A stretch of DNA of 32,000 nt from Ktedonobacterales bacterium (lineage in GTDB: Bacteria > Chloroflexota > Ktedonobacteria > Ktedonobacterales > JADMIN01). Below, one piece after another: positions 24,634 through 32,000 of this stretch. Under the pieces are notes generated by a model. That model was not told the DNA's origin, ran no database searches, and saw only the letters and a program-made list of their open reading frames with translations. The stretch is from NCBI GenBank assembly GCA_030167145.1, contig CP126532.1:4920001-4952000 (forward strand), in the 5' to 3' direction. A program made the translations under genes and the position numbers. Position 1 is the first letter of the stretch. Each line of letters opens with the position of its first letter.

Positions 24634-24675
24634 GTGTGCCCTGGCCATCCGATCAATTTCTGCCCTCGGACACCC

Positions 24676-24748
24676 CATAGGTCCGCAACATCCTCATAGA
24701 CCCGCATGCAGTTGAGATGCGGACCTATGGGGTGGATGCGGACCTATG
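24676..24748. repeat. right 73-bp four-site palindromic module (12-7-12-11-12-7-12)
   Basis: The four sites are CATAGGTCCGCA (24676-87), CATAGACCCGCA (24695-706), TGCGGACCTATG (24718-29) and TGCGGACCTATG (24737-48). The spacing is identical to the left module, and it aligns with the reverse complement of 21361-21455, including the outer TATGGAAG. Confidence 0.85.
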
Positions 24749-24790
24749 GAAGACACATGGAGTTGGCGTGGTCCACAGGTCGGGTTGCGG

Positions 24791-26335
24791 TCAGCCAGGC
24801 AGGCACAGGCCGGGGGCGCAGAGGCCAGGGAACGCCAGCGTGCGCGTCTCGCCGCTGGGCAGGGAGACGACGCGTATCGTGGAGTTATTGGTATCGGCGA
24901 CGTAGAGCGCGCCAGCGGCATAGCTCAGCCCGCCCGGCTCGCTGAAACGCGCGTCACTCGCCGCCCCATCCGCGTCGCCAGGCATGCCCGCGCCCGCCAG
25001 CGTCGTCACCTCGCGCGTGGTGGGATGCAGCAGCTTCAGCTTGTGGTTATACGTATCGGCGATGGCGACGTAGCCGCCACTCGGCGCGCCTTCGGCAATC
25101 CACGCCACACCCAGGGGATGTTGTAGGCGCGCGTAATCGCCCTTGCCGTCGTGGTCGCCGAACTGGAAGAGGTCGCCGCCCGCCAGCGTCCGCACGATGG
25201 GCGGGCCATCCAGCGAAACGGCGCGGATGCTGCTAATCTCACTGTCGGCCACGAAGAGCCGCGCGCCGTCGCTCGCCAGACCGCTGGGCTGGGCCAGCGC
25301 GGCCATCTCCGCTGGGCCGTCGTTGCGCCCCTCCGCGCCGCTGCCCGCGAAGACGCCCACCGTCTCCTCCGCCGGATCGTAGACCCAGATTTGGTGCAGC
25401 CCGGCCATCGCCATGTAGAGCGTGCCATTGACCAGCGCCACGTCCCACGGCGAATTCAGCGGCGTCGCGCGGGCCGCTCCGCTCCCACGGCGCTGGAAGC
25501 CCTGCGCGCCCGTCCCGGCAATCGTCGTGACGGTTCGTGCGCCCAGGTCCACACGGCGCAGCAGATGATTGCCCGTATCCGCGACATAGAGCCAGCCATG
25601 CTCGCTGTCGAGCGCCATCCCCTGCGGCGAGCGGAAGCTGGCCGTATCGTAGTCGCCATCCTCCGCGCCTGGCTCGCTGGAGCCAATCGTCGCGTAGTCC
25701 GTGCCGTCCAGCGCGGCGTGTACCAGCCGGTGATGTCCGGTATCGGCGATGTAGAGGCGTCCACTCGCTTCGTCGGCCAGCGCCTTGCCAGGATAGAGCA
25801 GTGGCGAGAAGGGCGACAGCGCGCCAGTTTCGGCTTCCAGGCGTAGCGGCAGTGGCGTCGCGTCCAGCGCGCCTGCCTCCGCCAGCAAGTCGAGCGCCTG
25901 CCCGATGGCTGTATCCAGCGCATCGCGATGTCCCTCGCCAGACACCTGACCCAAAATGTAGCCGTTGGGGTCAACCAGCACCAGCGTGGGCCAGCCGCGC
26001 ACCGCATAGGCGTCCCAGGTGCGGCGACCGCTATCCAGCACGATCGGATGGGTGATGCCGTAGCGCGCAGTCGCCTGGCGCACGCTCTCGGCGTTGTCTT
26101 CGTTGGTGAATTTCGGGGAGTGGACGCCGACCACAACGAAGGGCCGGTCGGCATATTTGTGTTCGAGATACTTCAGGTCTTCGAGGACGTGCAGGCAATT
26201 GATACAGCAATACGTCCAGAAGTCCAGCAGCACCAGCTTGCCGCGCAGGTCCGCCAGCGTGAGCGGACGTTCAGTATTCAGCCAGGCCGTGCCACGCAAC
26301 TCCGGCGCGCGCACTGGCTCATCTCCCAAAGTCAT
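24791..26335 (-). CDS. thioredoxin-like (redoxin) domain fused to NHL-repeat beta-propeller (NHLRC2-like)
   Basis: The N-terminus has GKLVLLDFWTYCCINCLHV, GVHSPKF and GWPTLVLVD. This is followed by repeated NHL-type units (P.G.A......LYVADTGNH.....). ATG 26335 is preceded by GGAAGGAGG with 6-nt spacing. Confidence 0.85.
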   Translation of the reverse strand: MTLGDEPVRAPELRGTAWLNTERPLTLADLRGKLVLLDFWTYCCINCLHVLEDLKYLEHKYADRPFVVVGVHSPKFTNEDNAESVRQATARYGITHPIVLDSGRRTWDAYAVRGWPTLVLVDPNGYILGQVSGEGHRDALDTAIGQALDLLAEAGALDATPLPLRLEAETGALSPFSPLLYPGKALADEASGRLYIADTGHHRLVHAALDGTDYATIGSSEPGAEDGDYDTASFRSPQGMALDSEHGWLYVADTGNHLLRRVDLGARTVTTIAGTGAQGFQRRGSGAARATPLNSPWDVALVNGTLYMAMAGLHQIWVYDPAEETVGVFAGSGAEGRNDGPAEMAALAQPSGLASDGARLFVADSEISSIRAVSLDGPPIVRTLAGGDLFQFGDHDGKGDYARLQHPLGVAWIAEGAPSGGYVAIADTYNHKLKLLHPTTREVTTLAGAGMPGDADGAASDARFSEPGGLSYAAGALYVADTNNSTIRVVSLPSGETRTLAFPGLCAPGLCLPG

Positions 26336-26405
26336 GTGACGCCTCCTTCCGAAAAACAGTATCGCGCGCCAGGCACTGGAAGCGTCAAGTTACCCCGATC
26401 AGCCC

Positions 26406-27290
26406 TCATTCCGCCAGATACTTGCCCAGCAGCAATCCATACTTCTCGCGCAGCGGCATCGAAATCAGCGCGCGATCCGTCATCAGCGCGTTGGCCAGCG
26501 CCGAGCCGCAGCCACAGGTCAGCGTCGTGCCCGCCTCCGGTATCCGCGCCACCACCTCGCGCAGGATGCGCTGCGCGTTGGCCACGTTGCGCGTCAGATT
26601 CGCCACCACCATCTCCACCGTCACATGCTCCGCGCTCTCGTGCCACACATCATAATCGGTGACGCAGGCGATGGTCGCATAGTGTAGCTCCGCCTCGCGC
26701 GCCAGCTTCGCCTCTGGCAGCGCCGTCATGCCGATCAGATCACAGCCCCACTGGCGGTAGATGCGCGATTCCGCCTTCGTCGAAAAGAGCGGCCCCTCGA
26801 TCACCAGCAGCGTCCCCCCGTTGTGAACCCGCACATCGCCCAGCCCGCGCATCGTCTCCCACAGCAGCCCGCTCAGGTGCGGGCAGAACGGCTCGGCGAA
26901 GCCCACATGCGCCACCACGCCGCCCTCGAAAAAGCTATTCGGGCGGCTCTTGGTGCGGTCGAAGAGCTGGTCCGGTACGACGAGGTCCAGCGGCGCATAG
27001 TCCTCGCGCAGGCTGCCCACCGCGCTCACCGAAATCACCCACTCGACTCCCAAGGTTTTCAGCGCATACATGTTGGCGCGTGAGGGTACTTCGGTCGGCG
27101 TCAGGCGATGGCCCCGCCCATGTCGCGGCAAGAACGCCACCGGCACACCGCTCAGCTCTCCCAGCATGATGGCGTCGCTCGGATCGCCGAACGGCGTCCG
27201 CATGCGCACCTCTTCGATTGCTCTCAGCCCTTCCATCGCATACAGGCCGCTGCCGCCGATCACGCCAATGCGCGCATGTCGCTCCATCAT
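26406..27290 (-). CDS. mtnP: S-methyl-5'-thioadenosine phosphorylase
   Basis: Contains IGVIGGSGLY, FLPRHGRGH, GSLREDY and IGMT..PEAKLAREAE..YA, matching the MTAP/PNP family. ATG 27290 lies downstream of AAGGAG. The track GTG at 27311 sits upstream of that SD. Confidence 0.88.
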   Translation of the reverse strand: MMERHARIGVIGGSGLYAMEGLRAIEEVRMRTPFGDPSDAIMLGELSGVPVAFLPRHGRGHRLTPTEVPSRANMYALKTLGVEWVISVSAVGSLREDYAPLDLVVPDQLFDRTKSRPNSFFEGGVVAHVGFAEPFCPHLSGLLWETMRGLGDVRVHNGGTLLVIEGPLFSTKAESRIYRQWGCDLIGMTALPEAKLAREAELHYATIACVTDYDVWHESAEHVTVEMVVANLTRNVANAQRILREVVARIPEAGTTLTCGCGSALANALMTDRALISMPLREKYGLLLGKYLAE

Positions 27291-27311
27291 CGCCTGCCCA
27301 CTCCTTCTCAC

Positions 27312-28709
27312 TCAATAGCTATCCAGCGCGCCACCGACGCCACGCGGTGGCCGCACGATGAAGCGCACCGGGATGATCTGATCGCCTCCGGTCGTCCGCA
27401 CCGCCACGTGGCAGGTATATGGCCCGTCACGCAGTCCCGTCGTATCCAGCGCGACACGCAGCACATTCGTCTCTGGCGTGATGCTGCGTGGCTCGACGCG
27501 CAGGCACTGATGGTTCGTCTCCGTATGCCCGCTCATCTCGCCGCCGCCGCTATTGGCAATCTCCACCGTCAGCGCCACCAGTTCGTCCATCTCCAGAAAG
27601 CCCGCATCCAGGCGCAGTGGCCGCACCTGCAAACGCGGCGGTATGGGCTGCGTGGTGTGGCGGCGCGCCACTGCCGGACCACTCGTCCCGATATGTCGTG
27701 GCACACCAAATGACGGCGTGGACGCGCTGAGCGGATGCCCTGCCGGAAGCCCCGACTCATGCAGCGGCCCCGACTGTGGGTGCAGCGTCCATTCCAGCGC
27801 CTCGCTAAACTGTGTCGCATGGGCAAAGCGCTCGCGCGCCTGCAATGCTAGCGCCTTCAGCACCACATGTTCCACTGCTTCCGGAACCGCCGGGTTCACC
27901 TCGCGAATCGGCGTCAGCGGTTGGCCCGCCATTCGCGTCGGCGCACCCTCCGGCACGCGCCCGGTCAGCAGATGATACAGCGACGCCCCCAGGGCATAGA
28001 TATCCGAGCGAGGCTCCGAGCGCGCCGTGTATTGTTCCAGCGGCGCATAGCCGTCGGTGCCAAGCTGCGACGTATCACGCGCCCGCGCCGGATAGAGCCA
28101 GCGCGCGATGCCGAAGTCCACCAGCTTCAGCCGCCCCTCCGGCGTGAGCATCACGTTCGCCGGCTTCAGGTCGCGATAGATAATCGGCGGATTCTGATTA
28201 TGCAAGTACCACAGCACATCACAGAGCTGGATACCCCACTGCACCACTCGTCTCCACTCCAACGGCTGCCCAGTGGCGATCAATTCATCTTCGAGATTCC
28301 GTCCCCGAATATACTCCATCACCAAGAAATGCTTCTGGCCTTCGACAAAGCGATCATACACCTTCGTCAGCGCGGGATGATCCAATGAGCGCAGCATCTC
28401 GGCCTCGCGGATGAAGTCATTGATCGCCTTTTCGCGCTCATTCGGCCCCAGATTCGACTCACTCATCTCCTTGAGCGCCCGCTGCGTCCCGCCTTCCAGC
28501 ATATCGCGCACGATATAGAGCGCGCTCTGGCCACCCTGTGCCAGCCGTCGTTCGATCACATAGCGCCCGTGCAATGGCTGGCTAATCGGAAGAAAGCCGG
28601 TGGCGTATCTGCCCGCTCCGCCGTGCAGATCGAAGCCACACGCCGGGCAGAAAGTCGAAGCCGCTGGCACCTCTTGCCGGCAGCGCGCACAGAGTACTGA
28701 CGAGTTCAT
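27312..28709 (-). CDS. Ser/Thr protein kinase with N-terminal zinc ribbon
   Basis: Has CARC..x10..CPAC at the N-terminus, then Hanks kinase motifs (ALKEM, HRDLKPANVM, DFGIAR, GTDGYAPLE). The C-terminal ~130 aa looks like a beta-rich domain. No TM segment is seen. Confidence 0.88.
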   Translation of the reverse strand: MNSSVLCARCRQEVPAASTFCPACGFDLHGGAGRYATGFLPISQPLHGRYVIERRLAQGGQSALYIVRDMLEGGTQRALKEMSESNLGPNEREKAINDFIREAEMLRSLDHPALTKVYDRFVEGQKHFLVMEYIRGRNLEDELIATGQPLEWRRVVQWGIQLCDVLWYLHNQNPPIIYRDLKPANVMLTPEGRLKLVDFGIARWLYPARARDTSQLGTDGYAPLEQYTARSEPRSDIYALGASLYHLLTGRVPEGAPTRMAGQPLTPIREVNPAVPEAVEHVVLKALALQARERFAHATQFSEALEWTLHPQSGPLHESGLPAGHPLSASTPSFGVPRHIGTSGPAVARRHTTQPIPPRLQVRPLRLDAGFLEMDELVALTVEIANSGGGEMSGHTETNHQCLRVEPRSITPETNVLRVALDTTGLRDGPYTCHVAVRTTGGDQIIPVRFIVRPPRGVGGALDSY

Positions 28710-29126
28710 CTAGCCCCTAGCCTCCCGGCGCATCCGCTTGGACATCTCGCGCGTACCATCTGGCGTCCGCACCGCCACCCCCAACGGCGACGCCTTGCGT
28801 TTTGCCCCGCCATTTTACCACAGGCACGCTATCACGCGATACGCTTCTGCTACATACTGCTGTGTCACGCCGCGAATGATGGTCAATCTCACAGTGGCGT
28901 AACTGTGGCGCATGCGACGCCCCACTCCAGTATGCTGTCAATCACACTGAAGGTGTACGTACACAGGGCAGTGCGGATGTACCTCATGCTGCTGCCACTG
29001 CGCTGGCATCCACATGCGAGGGCTACGCGATGCCGCCCGGTTGTCCGTTGCTGGCGATACTGGTGCTCCGTGGTCAGCCACGTGATCCAACGCGGAAAAA
29101 AGGTGGAGCGGGCAGTGAAATGCGGG

Positions 29127-29154
29127 CATGCGGACCGTCGTCAGAGTCCGCATG
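29127..29154 (-). terminator. 9-bp inverted repeat just 3' of tRNA-Leu
   Basis: CATGCGGAC (29127-35) and GTCCGCATG (29146-54) are separated by a 10-nt loop. It lies 18 nt beyond the tRNA 3' end and is followed on the minus strand by CCCGCAUUUC, a weak U-tract. Confidence 0.4.
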
Positions 29155-29171
29155 AATTGAAGATGCAACGG

Positions 29172-29256
29172 GTAGGGCGGGGGGGACTCGAACCCCCACG
29201 CGGCTTTCGCCGCAACGGATTTTAAGTCCGCTGTGTCTGCCATTCCACCACCGCCC
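29172..29256 (-). tRNA. tRNA-Leu (anticodon UAA), class II with long variable arm
   Basis: Hand-folded 85-nt cloverleaf. Acceptor stem is GGGGCGG/CCGCCCU (G1-U72 wobble). D-stem is GTG/CAC, with D-loop GAATGGCAGA. Anticodon stem is GCGGA/TCCGT, with loop CT-TAA-AA. Variable arm is GCGGC-GAAA-GCCGC. T-arm is GGGGG-TTCGAGT-CCCCC. The discriminator is A, and CCA is not encoded. Confidence 0.93.
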
Positions 29257-29443
29257 CGCGGCACAAGCTGTGCGCCATCAGCATAGCACATGGCATGCCC
29301 CCGCGATACCTGCCAGCATGCGCCACATCAGGCAAGAATACTCTGCCACCCTGCACAAACAGCCGCCCCGCGCAAGGCAACGGTACTCCCGTCCCGTGCG
29401 AGTCCTAGCCCCTCTTGCGCTGCGCCGGCTTGCCGTTCCGGCG

Positions 29444-29452
29444 TGGTATACT
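29444..29452 (+). promoter_or_regulatory. extended -10 promoter element upstream of the SNF2 gene
   Basis: TGgTATACT lies about 60 nt upstream of GTG 29511. No good -35 is present, which is acceptable for extended -10 promoters. Confidence 0.35.
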
Positions 29453-29510
29453 CATCCCTGCTGCCACGAGCAGGCGACGTTTATGTCTACTGGCTGGTGA
29501 GGTTGATCTA

Positions 29511-31394
29511 GTGGATTCCCCGACACGCGATAGACCAGCAGATGTGCCAGCGCATCACCAACAGGCCGGAGCCGCGATTCCCATCACCATCGGTTTCCGC
29601 GACCCCAGCGATATGCTCCAGAGGCTTGCCGCGCCCACTCCGCTAGCCACTTCCCCAGCGCTTGACCCAGCGCTTGACCCGGCACTGCCGCGCTGGTATG
29701 CGCTCTTGCTCCGGTCGCATGCGCTGGCGGCGCCCGCCACGTTCGACACCCTGCTCGCCCCGTCGGTCCTCTATGATCGTGTGCGCCCCCATCCCTATCA
29801 ATTGCGCGTGGTGGAGCAAGTGCTGCGCGAAAAGGCGCCAGCGGCGATCCTCGCCGACGAGGTAGGCCTGGGCAAGACCATCGAGGCCGGACTGATCTAC
29901 AAGGAGTTGGCGTTGCGTGGCCTTGTCTCCTCGGTGCTGGTGCTCGCGCCCAAGGCGTTGCTCAGCCAGTGGCAGGACGAATTGCGTGAGCGCTTCGACG
30001 AAGACTTCGTGCTCACCGACGAAAAACGCTTCAGCGGCTTCGACCGCGAGCCGCGCATTATCTGCTCGCTGCCGCAGTTCGTGCGCTCCTTCGATCACAT
30101 CGCCATACGCTCCTGGGACATGGTGATTGTAGACGAGGCGCACCTGCTCGCCAATCCGGAGTCGAAGCGACGCCGCTGTGCCGGGCTGCTGCGCGCGCGC
30201 TGGCGGCTGTTGCTCACCGCCACACCGGTCGCCAACAAAGTCACCGACCTGTATAGCCTCATAGACCTCGTTGCACCCGGAAAACTCGGCACACGCCGCG
30301 AATTTGAGAATGAATTCGTCGCCGATGCTGCCACCTGTCGTATTGTGCGGCCCGACCGCCTTGCCGAACTACGCGCCATCGTCGCCCAGGTAAGCTGTCG
30401 TACCCGCCGCGCCGACGCCGAGATTCCATTCGCCGGTCGCACAGTCTATACCCGCGATATTGCTCCCACGTCCGCCGAAGACGCGCTCATCAGCGACGTC
30501 ACCAATTATCTGCGTGCGCTCTACCGCCGTCTGCCAGCACCAGCCCGCAACCAGCGTGGGCGCACGTCGGCGCCTGCCGCGGAGCGCAGCGGCCCACGTA
30601 TCAACCGTGGGGCGGTGATCCGCGAGATTATGGCGTTGCAACAATCGCTCAGCAGCCATCCACGCGCCATCGAACAATCGCTACGCCGCCGAGCCGAAAG
30701 CCATGCCGATGAGCGCGATATCCTGCTCGCGCTCGCGGACCGCTGCCAGACGGCGGCCAGCGCAAAAGAGCGATTGCTGCATGAGGTGCTTGCCGACCTC
30801 AAGGGCGAGCCAGCGCTTATTTTCACCCTGCGGCTCGAAACCGCCGCACATCTGCGTGAGGCCATCCGTGCCCGTGGCAGTACCGCCGAATGCTACATCG
30901 GCGCGCTGAGCCGCCTGGAACGCGAAGCGCTGGTGGCGCGCTTCAACGCCGGTGAAATCAGCGCGTTGATCGCCACCGACGCGGGCGCGGAAGGGTTGAA
31001 CTTGCAGCAGCGCTGCCATGTCGTCGTGAACTATGACCTGCACTGGAACCCAATGCGCATCGAGCAGCGCATCGGGCGTGTTCACCGCCTGGGGCAATCG
31101 CGCGATGTCTCGGTCTACAATTTCGCGCTCAGCGACACCATTGACGACTACGTGCTGCGACTGCTCTATCAGAAGATCAATCTCTTCACCATGACCGTCG
31201 GCGCGCTGGAGACGGTGCTCTCTGAAGTGCAGGAAGGCGAGCTTGACCTCGAAGAGCGCATCCTCGACGCGCTGCTGCGCGCCGACTCGCCAGACGCTAT
31301 ACGTCGCGAAGTAGAGGCCCTCGGCGACGAGCTAGTCGGTGCGGACCAGCGGCAACACGAAGCCATATCGTTCACCGAGAGGGTACTCGCATGA
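29511..31394 (+). CDS. SNF2/RapA-like SF2 helicase
   Basis: Contains PYQLRVVEQVL, ILADEVGLGKTIEAG, VIVDEAH, LLLTATPVANK and HWNPMRIEQRIGRVHRLGQ. Start is uncertain. GTG 29511 follows GGTGAGG with 8-nt spacing and lies downstream of the predicted promoter. ATG 29613 is an alternative. The track TTG at 29415 lies upstream of the promoter. Confidence 0.85.
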   Translation: MDSPTRDRPADVPAHHQQAGAAIPITIGFRDPSDMLQRLAAPTPLATSPALDPALDPALPRWYALLLRSHALAAPATFDTLLAPSVLYDRVRPHPYQLRVVEQVLREKAPAAILADEVGLGKTIEAGLIYKELALRGLVSSVLVLAPKALLSQWQDELRERFDEDFVLTDEKRFSGFDREPRIICSLPQFVRSFDHIAIRSWDMVIVDEAHLLANPESKRRRCAGLLRARWRLLLTATPVANKVTDLYSLIDLVAPGKLGTRREFENEFVADAATCRIVRPDRLAELRAIVAQVSCRTRRADAEIPFAGRTVYTRDIAPTSAEDALISDVTNYLRALYRRLPAPARNQRGRTSAPAAERSGPRINRGAVIREIMALQQSLSSHPRAIEQSLRRRAESHADERDILLALADRCQTAASAKERLLHEVLADLKGEPALIFTLRLETAAHLREAIRARGSTAECYIGALSRLEREALVARFNAGEISALIATDAGAEGLNLQQRCHVVVNYDLHWNPMRIEQRIGRVHRLGQSRDVSVYNFALSDTIDDYVLRLLYQKINLFTMTVGALETVLSEVQEGELDLEERILDALLRADSPDAIRREVEALGDELVGADQRQHEAISFTERVLA

Positions 31395-32000
31395 AGTGGC
31401 TGTTCAAGTGGCGTAAGAAAGACGCACGCGAGCCAGATACACCCAGGAGCGCCGCTCCCAGCTCTTCGGCGGCAAAGCGCTCAAGTGAACGGTCCGGCGG
31501 CATCAGCGCCGCCAGCCCACTACTCCAATTCGCTGGTGAGGCTCTCATCTTGCGTGGCGCACGTGTGCGTGTCGAAGATGCCGATCTGCTCTTCGCCGTG
31601 CTGCCCGACGGAGCCACCCTGCGCTACACCGACTTCGCTCCACGGGCGCGCGAGAGCCAAGATATACAGCTCCTCGCCCCTGGCAGCGCCGCGCTCGCCG
31701 ACCTGCTCGCCGAGACCGCACGACACGGCGCGTTGGGCGCATTCGAGCTTCCCGCCTCGGCTGACCCTATTGAGCGCGCCCGCACTGGCTGCGGCGACAT
31801 CCCCACTGCCTGTGGCCGCTGTGTCGCGAAGAACGCCGAAGACGCCATTCCGCCCGCCCTCTGCGAAGTCTGTCCATTGCGTGCGGGTCGCCTCGGTGTT
31901 CTCGGGCTGGGACGTATCCGCGACGTGCGCGAAGTGCGGCGCTGGCAGGCTCAGAGCGTTGAGTTGACGTTTCGCGTGACCTACCGTGACCGCCACGGAC
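31391..32000 (+). CDS. hypothetical protein with Cys-cluster, translationally coupled to the SNF2 helicase (5' partial view; runs off the window)
   Basis: Own translation from ATG 31391, which overlaps the SNF2 stop as ATGA: MKWLFKWRKKDAREPDTPRS...LLQFAGEALILRGARVRVEDADLLFAVLPDGATLRYTDF...CGDIPTACGRCVAKNAEDAIPPALCEVCPLRAG...VELTFRVTYRDRHG. It has no stop through 32000 and is absent from the track because it is open-ended. Confidence 0.6.
   Translation, partial: MKWLFKWRKKDAREPDTPRSAAPSSSAAKRSSERSGGISAASPLLQFAGEALILRGARVRVEDADLLFAVLPDGATLRYTDFAPRARESQDIQLLAPGSAALADLLAETARHGALGAFELPASADPIERARTGCGDIPTACGRCVAKNAEDAIPPALCEVCPLRAGRLGVLGLGRIRDVREVRRWQAQSVELTFRVTYRDRHG

Noticed and set aside
28710-29171. 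Degraded integrase or excisionase between the kinase gene and tRNA-Leu
   Set aside because: The short ORFs here (74-117 aa) show no integrase-like R..H..R..Y pattern or HTH and overlap the tRNA. The region is treated as non-coding.

Overview
GC-rich bacterial chromosomal segment. Gene content and the GGGAGGGG-type palindromic repeats would fit a Chloroflexota-like lineage, but taxonomy cannot be established from the window alone. Most of it is housekeeping. On the minus strand: a truncated ATP-grasp gene, a lipoprotein, a DUF512 radical-SAM/PDZ protein, a polyprenyl synthase and a Cys-rich zinc-finger protein. Then a plus-strand DUF47/PiT phosphate-transport pair, the conserved prkA-yhbH(yeaH)-spoVR triad, pcrA, and a tandem gltX-lysS-serS block. 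Further right: a polytopic membrane protein, an NHLRC2-like thioredoxin/NHL protein, MTA phosphorylase, a Ser/Thr kinase, tRNA-Leu(UAA), and an SNF2 helicase translationally coupled to a partial Cys-cluster ORF at the right edge. Three regions stand out. (1) 21.36-24.75 kb is a two-gene cassette: a 159-aa ORF plus a 759-aa PrimPol/RepA-like helicase/wHTH protein. It is driven by a near-consensus promoter in an AT-rich island and bracketed by two 73-bp modules of identical 12-7-12-11-12-7-12 architecture, each an imperfect long hairpin. It also carries at least three families of small palindromic repeats, several inserted in-frame in the replicase gene. I read it as an integrated mini-replicon or novel mobile element with iteron/ori-like ends. 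(2) 12.09-13.23 kb is an ORF-free, lower-GC, hairpin-dense 1.1-kb region between prkA and pcrA, a candidate large structured RNA or a decayed element. (3) The SNF2 helicase plus its ATGA-coupled partner next to tRNA-Leu is incomplete in the window. Many long track ORFs are high-GC antisense or alternate-frame shadows. Several real genes had to be shortened at the 5' end using SD spacing and homologue N-termini. Two edge-truncated genes are absent from the track.
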